Shown here: in pieces, positions 54,388 to 62,106 of the stretch
Layout of the letters: every line of letters starts with the position of its first letter
How positions within the stretch are numbered: the first letter of the stretch is position 1
Source of the DNA: Limisphaerales bacterium
GTDB lineage: Bacteria > Verrucomicrobiota > Verrucomicrobiia > Limisphaerales > UBA11358
Assembly (NCBI GenBank): GCA_052140285.1
Contig: JBKQUF010000168.1
Coordinates: forward strand, 1 to 62,106
Reading direction: 5' to 3'
Length of the DNA: 62,106 nucleotides
Program-made: the position numbers and the translations under genes
The notes under the pieces: model-generated
Database searches by the model: none
Told to the model about the DNA's origin: nothing
Seen by the model: the letters and a program-made list of their open reading frames with translations, nothing else

Positions 54388-55305
54388 TCACGTCTCACTC
54401 ACTCCCACGATTTGCAAAATTCTTTCCAATTCCGCGTCGCTGAAAAACGAGATTTCCAGCGTGCCTTTGCCCTGGTTGTAATTCAATTGAACTTTCGTGG
54501 CGAATACGTCGCGCAGTTTGGCTTCGAGATCCGCCACGTGGGGATCACCGGCAGGGGCGGAGACAGGCAGAACGGCCTTGCGGACGCCGCGGTTGGACAG
54601 CTTGGCCACCAGTCCCTCGGTTTGCCGGACGTTCAGGCCTTCCTTGATGACGCGTTCAGCAGCGATGTTTTGATTTTTCTCATCGTCGATTCCCAGGATG
54701 ACCTTGGCGTGGCCGACGGAGATGCGTCCATCCCGCAGAAAACCCTGGACTGCCGTTGGCAGCTTCAGCAGCCGCAACGCATTGGCGACCACCGCGCGGC
54801 TTTTGCCAACCTTGGCGGATATTTCCTCCTGGGTGAGCCGAAATTGTTCGGCCAATTGGGAATAACCGTGGGCTTCCTCGATGGGATTGAGGTTTTCGCG
54901 CTGTAAATTTTCGATGAGCGCCAATTCAAGGACGGAGCGATCATCGGCTTCGCGGGCGATCACCGGGACTTCGGGAAGGTTCAGCAATTGGGCGGCCCGC
55001 CAGCGGCGTTCACCGGCAATCAATTCAAAAAAACCGCCGCGTTCCCGCACGATCAGCGGCTGGACGATTCCTTGTTCGCGGATCGAGTCGGCGAGTTCGC
55101 GGAGTGATTCCTCGGAGAATTCCTTGCGCGGTTGCAGGGCCGAAGGCCGGATTCTCCCCAGCGGCACGCGCTGCACGCGCTCCTCATTATTCGGAACGGG
55201 CAACAGGGCGGATGACGGCTGGGGTGCCGGCGGCGGTGTGGGTTTGGCGAGCGCATTTCCGCCCAGCAAAGCCCCAAGACCACGTCCCAAAGCTGGTTTT
55301 GACAT
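54388..55305 (-). CDS. parB: ParB/Spo0J chromosome partitioning protein
   Basis: GLGALLG. ParB box IVQPLIVRE...ELIAGERRWRAAQ. HTH region SQLAEQFRLTQEEISAKVGKSRAVVAN. Confidence 0.9.
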   Translation of the reverse strand: MSKPALGRGLGALLGGNALAKPTPPPAPQPSSALLPVPNNEERVQRVPLGRIRPSALQPRKEFSEESLRELADSIREQGIVQPLIVRERGGFFELIAGERRWRAAQLLNLPEVPVIAREADDRSVLELALIENLQRENLNPIEEAHGYSQLAEQFRLTQEEISAKVGKSRAVVANALRLLKLPTAVQGFLRDGRISVGHAKVILGIDDEKNQNIAAERVIKEGLNVRQTEGLVAKLSNRGVRKAVLPVSAPAGDPHVADLEAKLRDVFATKVQLNYNQGKGTLEISFFSDAELERILQIVGVSET

Positions 55306-55423
55306 GCGGGCAGAGTCTCAAATCATTGGGAATTCCTCAAGTCCAATGTCCCGTGCCTACCTCGAGAGGCCGTGCTGCGACTTTGGACTTTAGAGTTTCG
55401 GTTGGCGTGATTACTCTAGGCGC

Positions 55424-55843
55424 GTGAGCACCAAGGGCAAACGCATCTCCGCCATGGCCGAACCGTTTCGTGCCGGCGCGCTCGACCCTCATTACACCGG
55501 CTATTTTGAATTGTTCAACCTCCAGAAATTTTATGAAGCGCATGAAGTGCTGGAACATATCTGGCTCAAGGATCGATACGGCGCGAACGGTCCGTTTTAC
55601 AAGGGATTAATCCAGTTGGCCGCCGCCTTTGTCCATTTGCAGAAAGACCGCCTGAAGCCGGCCGCGGCGTTGTTCAAGCTGGCTCGAACGAATCTGGAAA
55701 AATATCCCGCCGAGCACGAGCGTTTGAATCTGGCGCTGACGCTGGAGTTGATTGCCCAATGGCACGGCGATTTGGAGACTTCCGAATTTGAGCGCAATCC
55801 GCTGGCGCTTCGTCGCGCTCCTGAATTGCATTTGCAATCGTGA
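55424..55843 (+). CDS. DUF309 domain protein
   Basis: FELFNLQKFYEAHEVLEHIWL...YKGLIQLAAAFVHL is the typical DUF309 pattern. Confidence 0.75.
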   Translation: MSTKGKRISAMAEPFRAGALDPHYTGYFELFNLQKFYEAHEVLEHIWLKDRYGANGPFYKGLIQLAAAFVHLQKDRLKPAAALFKLARTNLEKYPAEHERLNLALTLELIAQWHGDLETSEFERNPLALRRAPELHLQS

Positions 55844-56757
55844 GCGAAAATCGAAAGCGAATCGTCCTGGCCGGCGGCAGCGGGTTCATTGGCAACGCTT
55901 TGGCAAAGGATTTGGCCAACAAATACGATCTGGTAGTGCTTTCCCGCACGCCAAAGGAGCGGAGCGATGCTGTCAGGGAGGTTGAATGGGATGGCTTGCA
56001 CATTGGTGAATGGATTGCGACTTTGGATGGCGCGGAAGCGGTCGTAAATCTGACGGGCAAAAATGTCAACTGCCGTCATACGCCTGAAAATCTGCGTGAA
56101 TTAACCGCCTCGCGCGTTGATTCCGTTCGCGCCATTGCGGACGCGTTGGAACATATCAGTGAACCGCCTCGGGTCTGGGTGCAGGCCAGCGCAATCGGTT
56201 TTTACGGCGATTCGGGCGATGCGCCTTGTGATGAACGTTCGCCGGCGGGAACCGACTCGCTGGCGGAGATTTGCCGGCAATGGGAAAGTGCCTTCGGTGG
56301 CGTGAAAGCGCCGAAGACACGAAAGGTATTGATGCGAATCGGGTTCGTTCTGGGTCGTGAGGGCGGCGCGCTGCCGGTTTTGGAGCGGCTGACCCGCTGG
56401 TTTCTGGGTGGCCGGGCCGGCCGCGGCCAACAATGTATCAGTTGGATCCATATCGATGACCTGGTAAAGATGCTGGGGGGAGCGATTGAACACGAAAATT
56501 GGATGGGAGTTTATAACGCCGTGGGGCTGGCGCCGGGGACGAACAACGAGTTCATGCGTGAATTGCGGCGCGCGTTGCATCGTCCCTGGAGCCCGCCGGT
56601 GCCGGAATTTGCCCTGAAACTTGGAGCCCGCTGGATGAATAGCGAACCATCCCTGGCGCTCGCTGGGTGTCACGCCATACCCATACGATTATTGGAAGCA
56701 GGATATCAGTTTCGATTCACAACGTTGCGCGAGGCGTTGGCTGACCTTTACGGATGA
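55840..56757 (+). CDS. TIGR01777/YfcH-type NAD-dependent epimerase family protein
   Basis: Rossmann start RIVLAGGSGFIGNALAKDL and a DUF1731-like C-terminus. 4-nt overlap with the DUF309 gene. Confidence 0.8.
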   Translation: MSENRKRIVLAGGSGFIGNALAKDLANKYDLVVLSRTPKERSDAVREVEWDGLHIGEWIATLDGAEAVVNLTGKNVNCRHTPENLRELTASRVDSVRAIADALEHISEPPRVWVQASAIGFYGDSGDAPCDERSPAGTDSLAEICRQWESAFGGVKAPKTRKVLMRIGFVLGREGGALPVLERLTRWFLGGRAGRGQQCISWIHIDDLVKMLGGAIEHENWMGVYNAVGLAPGTNNEFMRELRRALHRPWSPPVPEFALKLGARWMNSEPSLALAGCHAIPIRLLEAGYQFRFTTLREALADLYG

Positions 56758-56760
56758 TTT

Positions 56761-58560
56761 GTGAGTGCCGATTCCAAAAAACGTTCTGCTGAATTCCTGA
56801 AGGTCGCCGGCCAATTCAAACTCGGCGCGCTGGTCACCGAGTCCTTTCATCCCGTCACCGCGGCGCTGAGTGATGTTGCGCAACAGGACATCGCCACCGC
56901 GTTGAAATTGCTGTTCGACGTGGACGATGACGTCGTTCAGAAATTGCGGGAACTTGCCGCCTCCGGACGGGTGGAGGAAATCGCGAAAACACTTTTCGCG
57001 GCTTTAAGCAATGAGGGACGGATTTTCTTCACGGGCTGCGGCGCGACGGGACGCTTGAGTATTTTACTGGATTCGGTCTGGCGTGATTTTTGGCGCGGGC
57101 GGAAGAAATTCAATCTGGAAAACCGGACCTACAGTGTCATGTCCGGCGGGGATTTTGCGCTGATTAAATCAGTGGAGGGCTTTGAAGATTTTACCGCATT
57201 TGGAAGGAAGCAAATCTCCGACCTCGGGGTTTCGTCCCGCGATGTGGTGTTTGCCATCACGGAAGGCGGCGAAACGTCTTTTGTCATCGGCACGGCCTGG
57301 GCCGGCGTCGAAGCGGGTGCCAGGGTTTTCTTTGTTTACAATAATCCGGACCAGCTTCTGTGCGGCCACGTGGAGCGCAGTCGCGAAGTAATCGAGGACC
57401 CCCGCATCGAAAAAATCAATCTCACCACCGGACCAATGGCCATTGCCGGGTCCACCCGCATGCAGGCGACGACGATCCAGCTTTGCGTCATGCTGATGAT
57501 TCTGGAAATGGTCGCGCGAAAATTATTGGGCGGGGAATCCGAATCTGTCCCGGGTGGCTTTCTGAAGGCCTTGGAAGAGTTGCACGGTCATTTGAAGTCG
57601 CCAAAATTGCTCGGGCGATTGGCGCAGATTGTTGCCTTGGAAGAGTCGGTGTACCGCGCCGGCGGCAGAATCAATTATTTCGCCAACCGATTCGGAATTG
57701 ATGTTTTGACGGATACGACAGAGCGCTCGCCAACCTTTTGCACGCCGCCCTTTCGCAAATTCGACGACCCGGCGTCCTCGGAATCCTGGGCCTTTTTGTT
57801 TTTGTCACAGCCCGGGACGGCGCAAGCCTGGCGGCAGATACTCCAGCGCGAACCGCGTTGCCTCGAATGGTCGGACGACGATATCCGCCGCCTCGTCGGA
57901 GAGGCAAATTTTCCAAAGACCGCGGAAACCATCCGAAAAATCGGGTGCGCCGAATTAATGCGGTTCAAAATCGGCCTGGACGGCCTGCCGCATCGCCTTC
58001 TCAAAGGGGGCGATGCGGCGATTGCGATCATTCAGGAAACGGAGGATCGGTTCTCTGAAAATGATTTTTCAGCTCAACTGCGAACCGCTCGCCAAGCGGG
58101 CGCAAAGACCGGAACCATATGCTTTTGCAGCGAGCGGCAGCAGGAAGGAAAGCCGCCGGCGGAGGTTGACGCCTGGGCGCCGGTGGTGGTTCCGCGGACG
58201 GATCTTTTGTTCGATGGCATTTCGCGGGTGGCGGTGAAAATGGTGATGAACGCGATTTCCACGTGCGGCATGGTCCGGTTGGGACGGGTCATGGGCAACA
58301 TGATGATTTACGTGGTGCCCACCAATCTGAAATTGATCGACCGCGCCACCCGCTATCTCAGCCGCTTGACCGGCTGGCCGTATGACCGCGCCAACGAATT
58401 GCTTTTTGAAGTCATCGAGTATATTGAACCGAGAATGAAATCCGACCGGGCTTATCCGCCGGTGGTCGGCCTGGCGGTGCTCCGCGCCCGGCGGGGTTGT
58501 TCGAATGAAACTGCGGAAACACTTTTACAGAACGGCAAATTTTGTCTAATTTTTGTGATT
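56761..58560 (+). CDS. double-SIS-domain protein (MurQ/glucokinase-regulator family); no stop codon before frr
   Basis: GTG 56761. SIS motifs (FFTGCGATGRLS, AITEGGETSFV, GSTRMQATT). The family-typical C-terminal helix ...ETAETLLQNG lies at ~58540. The frame then runs straight into frr, and the track shows one 786-aa ORF to 59121. Confidence 0.6.
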
Positions 58561-59121
58561 ATGTCACCCGACGATATTTTGCTGGAAACGGAAGAGAGAA
58601 TGATCAAGACCGGCCAGGTGGTCGAAAACGAATTTGCCGGGGTGCGCACCGGAAAGGCCTCCCCCTCACTGGTGGAGAATATCGTGGTCGAGGTCTATGG
58701 CTCCCAAATGCGCGTGCGGGAACTGGCGGGGATCACCACCCCGGAGCCGCGCCAACTCCTGATCCAACCCTGGGACATCACTTCGCTGCACCCGATTGAG
58801 AAGGCCATTCAAAAGGCGAACCTGGGTTTGTCCCCGGCGGTGCAGGGCAAAATCATCCGGCTTTCTTTTCCCGAGTTGAGCCAGGAACGGCGCCAGGAAT
58901 TTGTCAAAATCGTCAAAAAAATGGCCGAGGATGGCCGCATCGCTGTTCGCCATGTCCGGCGCGACGCGCTGGAACTGTTGAAAAAAACGAAGACTTCGGG
59001 GGGGGTCGGTGAGGAAGAACTTGAGAGCGCGGAAAAGGAAATCCAGAAACTGACCGACCAATACATCGCCAAAATTGACGAACAGCTTGTGGCGAAGGAG
59101 AAAGAGATCATGACCGTTTAA
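58561..59121 (+). CDS. frr: ribosome recycling factor
   Basis: MSPDDILLETEERMIKTGQVVENEFAGVRTGKASPSLVENIVVEVYGSQMRVRELAGITTPEPRQLLIQPWD...RRDALELLKK is full-length RRF (186 aa). Confidence 0.9.
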   Translation: MSPDDILLETEERMIKTGQVVENEFAGVRTGKASPSLVENIVVEVYGSQMRVRELAGITTPEPRQLLIQPWDITSLHPIEKAIQKANLGLSPAVQGKIIRLSFPELSQERRQEFVKIVKKMAEDGRIAVRHVRRDALELLKKTKTSGGVGEEELESAEKEIQKLTDQYIAKIDEQLVAKEKEIMTV

Positions 59122-59218
59122 ACTGGATCGGTTTTTGAACGGGGGAAATTCGTTGCTGGTTCGACATTTTGAATGTTTAATGAATTAAATGATTTCGGCG
59201 AGATGACCCTCCAGCGAA

Positions 59219-61453
59219 ATGAGCATGATTCAGTATGACCGGTCCAGGCAGCTTGTCCTCTTTTCCCTTTTCTTTATTTCGGGGTTCAGTGGGCTGGTTT
59301 ACCAGGTCGTTTGGACCCGGTTGGCATTTGCGTCTTTCGGCATCATCACCCCGGTCCTTTCGGTGGTATTGTCAGTGTTCATGTTGGGCCTGTCCGTGGG
59401 GGCGGCTGCCGGCGGTTGGTTGATTTCATCGCCGGCCAAAAGGGCGGGGGTTTCCGCGATCTTGTTTTACGCGTTGGCCGAATTTTTAATCGGCATCGGC
59501 GCGTTTGTCGTCCCGGAATTATTCCGGGTCGGCGAATCCGTTCTGTTATCGGCCGGCGAAACGAATTCCGCCGGCTACCTGTTTCTTTCGGCGTTGGTCC
59601 TTGCAGTTTCCATTCTGCCGTTCTGCCTGCTCATGGGGACGACCTTTCCGTTCATGATGGCCTACCTCCGGGAGCGGGATAACGGCGAGGCCACCAGCTT
59701 CAGTTTTCTTTACACGGCAAACGTTCTGGGCGCAATGTGCGGCACGTTTTTAACGGCGATCGTCTTCATCGAGATTTTTGGCTTTCACCACACGCTCCAG
59801 GTCGCCGCCGTCGGCAACTTTTTGATCGCGCTGGTCGGCGTATATCTCGCTTTCCATGTCGGACTACCCGCGTCTGCCGGGGAGGTGAAAAATGGCGGGC
59901 CAGTCACTGTTGTCCCGTACCTCCCTTCCGGGCCGCTTTGGCCGCGGGAACGGTTGGTCAAATGGATCCTGTTTTCAACGGGCTTTGGCGCGATGGCCCT
60001 GGAAGTCGTCTGGACCCGCGCCTTTACTCCAGTGCTGAAAACGCAGGTTTACTCGTTTGCTTTGATCGTTTTTGCTTACTTGGGAGCGACCTTTGCCGGC
60101 TCGCTGATCTACCGGTTTCATCTCGCAAAAAATGCCGTGTTGCCGGCGGCAGTGTTGGTGGGTTTCCTGGTGCCGGCTGTTTTTTTTCCGGTGCTAGCCT
60201 GCGATCCGCGGTTGGTGAAAATGGACCCGTCTCCCCACATTTATCCGTTCAGTGTCATTCTTACCCTCGCGAGCATCTGCGCCCTTTGCGCCGTTCTGGG
60301 ATACCTTACTCCCCGCCTCATTGACGAATATGCCGCGGGGAATCCCGCCGTGGCCGGCAAGGCTTATGCCATTAATGTCTTCGGATGCATTATTGGACCC
60401 TTGTTCGCATCGTATTTGCTCTTGCCGCGGATGAGCGAACGCGCCGCCATGGCCGTCCTCAGCCTGCCCTTTTTTGTGTTTTATTTGTTCGCCTGGAAAC
60501 AATTGTCCGTTCTGCAAAGAACGGTTTCCGCGGCGGCGGCGGGCGCGCTGGCAATTTACACGATGTTCTTCTCCCAGGATTTTGAAAATCAACTTTCCCG
60601 TTCCGCGCAACGGATCGAGGTCCGGCGCGACTATGCGGCCTCAGTGGTTTCTGTTCTGGATACCAACGGTTTATTGATGCTTTATGTCAACAACATCGGC
60701 ATGACTACGCTCACGCCGGTCACCAAATTCATGGTTGACCTGCCGCTGGCTTTTCATGATGGCGCTCCAAAATCGGCGTTGATTATTTGTTTTGGCATGG
60801 GCACAACCTACCGCTCGGCTCTAAGCTGGAACATTAAGACGACGGGGGTGGAATTGGTGCCGGACGTTCCCCGGGCTTTTGGATTTTATCATTCCGATGC
60901 CTCAAATGTGCTGAAGAATCCTCAAGGCCGGATCGTCATCGATGATGGAAGACGCTTTCTCCGCCGCACCCGGGAAAAATACGATGTTATCGTGATTGAT
61001 CCGCCGCCGCCGGTCGAATCCGCAGGCTCCAGTCTTCTTTTTTCCACAGACTTTTTTTCCCTGGTAAAACAGCATTTGAACCCTCACGGCATTATGCAAA
61101 TCTGGTTTCCCGGTGGCGATGGGTTGACCGCTCAAGCCATTCTTCGCTCGGCGTCCGTGACCTTTCCACATGTCCGATGTTTTCACGCGCTGCTGGGTCC
61201 GGGAATTCACATTTTGGCCTCGGAGGAACCCTTGGAAATGCTGGACCCGGCGCAATTGGCTGCACGGATGCCGCCAAGCGCCGGGAAAGATTTGGTCGAA
61301 TGGTCCCCCGAAAGCCCCGCCGCGTACCTCGGAACCGTCATCGCCCATGAAGTTCCCGTGGCCCAAGTCATGAATCCGGATCCGGACCTCCAAATCACCG
61401 ACGATGACCCTCTCAACGAGTATTTTCTGTTGCGCCAATGGGGGTTGTTTTAG
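59219..61453 (+). CDS. fused polytopic membrane domain / spermidine synthase-like protein
   Basis: About 12 N-terminal TMs, then an aminopropyltransferase-like domain (SALIICFGMGTTYRSAL, YDVIVIDPPPPVESAGSSLLFS). Confidence 0.8.
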   Translation: MSMIQYDRSRQLVLFSLFFISGFSGLVYQVVWTRLAFASFGIITPVLSVVLSVFMLGLSVGAAAGGWLISSPAKRAGVSAILFYALAEFLIGIGAFVVPELFRVGESVLLSAGETNSAGYLFLSALVLAVSILPFCLLMGTTFPFMMAYLRERDNGEATSFSFLYTANVLGAMCGTFLTAIVFIEIFGFHHTLQVAAVGNFLIALVGVYLAFHVGLPASAGEVKNGGPVTVVPYLPSGPLWPRERLVKWILFSTGFGAMALEVVWTRAFTPVLKTQVYSFALIVFAYLGATFAGSLIYRFHLAKNAVLPAAVLVGFLVPAVFFPVLACDPRLVKMDPSPHIYPFSVILTLASICALCAVLGYLTPRLIDEYAAGNPAVAGKAYAINVFGCIIGPLFASYLLLPRMSERAAMAVLSLPFFVFYLFAWKQLSVLQRTVSAAAAGALAIYTMFFSQDFENQLSRSAQRIEVRRDYAASVVSVLDTNGLLMLYVNNIGMTTLTPVTKFMVDLPLAFHDGAPKSALIICFGMGTTYRSALSWNIKTTGVELVPDVPRAFGFYHSDASNVLKNPQGRIVIDDGRRFLRRTREKYDVIVIDPPPPVESAGSSLLFSTDFFSLVKQHLNPHGIMQIWFPGGDGLTAQAILRSASVTFPHVRCFHALLGPGIHILASEEPLEMLDPAQLAARMPPSAGKDLVEWSPESPAAYLGTVIAHEVPVAQVMNPDPDLQITDDDPLNEYFLLRQWGLF

Positions 61454-61557
61454 ACCCGGATTTCCCGGATTAGCTTCACAAGACAATGTTCTTGACCTAA
61501 GATGGACGGTGGGGCAAATGAATCGGATCGAACCGGAGGGAGAGATGCATTGAAATT

Positions 61558-62106
61558 ATGGCTTTGACCAAAGCAAAAATTACGACCGCTGTTGCGGTCG
61601 GTGTTATTCTGGTGTGTGGCGCAACTTTTATGGTTTGGGGGGCACGGTCCGAGAAATATCACGCGCTATTGGCCCACGCTTACACACGCGAGCATGTGTC
61701 CAGTCCAGCGTATCAAGCGGTGCTGGAAAAACTGCGGGCAAACGTCTGGCCAAAGGAAAGAAAATTGGCCGAGGCAAAAATTGCGGCGCGCCAACAGGCG
61801 AACGACACCGTCAACGCAACCACCATAAACTTGAGACCCTATGTCAACGCCGCGCTGACGGATTCGCCCGCGTCTCCGGCTGGCGATGACGACAATAATC
61901 TGGCCGACTTGCCTTACGGCGTGAATGTTTATGGCGGCGTTCCGTTTGACGTGGAGAGGCTGATCCAGTTGAGCGGCCAGAGCATAATCTCTGTGTTCCA
62001 TAAAAACTTCCCCGTGGAAGTGGATGGCATCGCCATCCATCGGCGCTGTGCGAAAATCTACTTGCTGCATGCCGGGGATTGGATTGACGTGACTGATTTT
62101 GGCAAG
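61558..62106 (+). CDS. hypothetical membrane-anchored protein, N-terminal part (runs off the window; not in the supplied ORF track)
   Basis: ATG 61558. 183 codons are open to the window end. MALTKAKITTAVAVGVILVCGATFMVW is a signal-anchor. The composition is protein-like (…LPYGVNVYGGVPFDVERLIQLSG…). Confidence 0.5.
   Translation, partial: MALTKAKITTAVAVGVILVCGATFMVWGARSEKYHALLAHAYTREHVSSPAYQAVLEKLRANVWPKERKLAEAKIAARQQANDTVNATTINLRPYVNAALTDSPASPAGDDDNNLADLPYGVNVYGGVPFDVERLIQLSGQSIISVFHKNFPVEVDGIAIHRRCAKIYLLHAGDWIDVTDFGK

Overview
62.1 kb of a GC-rich bacterial chromosome. Four 60-nt lines were counted by hand: core genes gave 62-65% G+C and the 12.4-16.0 kb stretch gave 33-40%. Gene content suggests a PVC/Verrucomicrobiota-like organism, by impression only: BatA/vWA/DUF58/MoxR modules, a GxxExxY gene, a YXWGXW lipoprotein, a fused membrane-spermidine synthase, and topoisomerase III with Zn ribbons. 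Most of the window is housekeeping: HD-GYP response regulator plus hybrid kinase, cls, ilvE, mcsA-mcsB-clpC, rfbA/rfbB, ClC channel, topB, xerC/D-type recombinase, serA, two parvulin PPIases, kamA, def, parB, frr and one tRNA-Glu. No CRISPR array, rRNA or intact transposase was seen. Points worth a second look: (1) an AT-rich island at 12.4-16.0 kb carries a tight three-gene module (anchored secreted protein, 10-Cys secreted protein, MauE/DoxX-like CxC membrane protein), a transposase-family relic and a mosaic of microsatellites. (2) A ~175-nt element occurs twice (15.4 kb and 41.9 kb) and holds two adjacent hairpins with compensatory base changes. (3) A frameshifted GxxExxY gene, bracketed by a ~35-nt inverted repeat, sits between the rfb genes. 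(4) An ssb gene broken at a C9 run lies next to a soluble coupling-protein-like ATPase, probably a decayed mobile element. (5) There are three type II TA loci, and two of them have dead toxins. (6) A class-B radical SAM enzyme carries a STAS-like tail. (7) frr has no stop codon separating it from the upstream SIS-domain gene. All family assignments come from motif recognition by eye, with no searches run.
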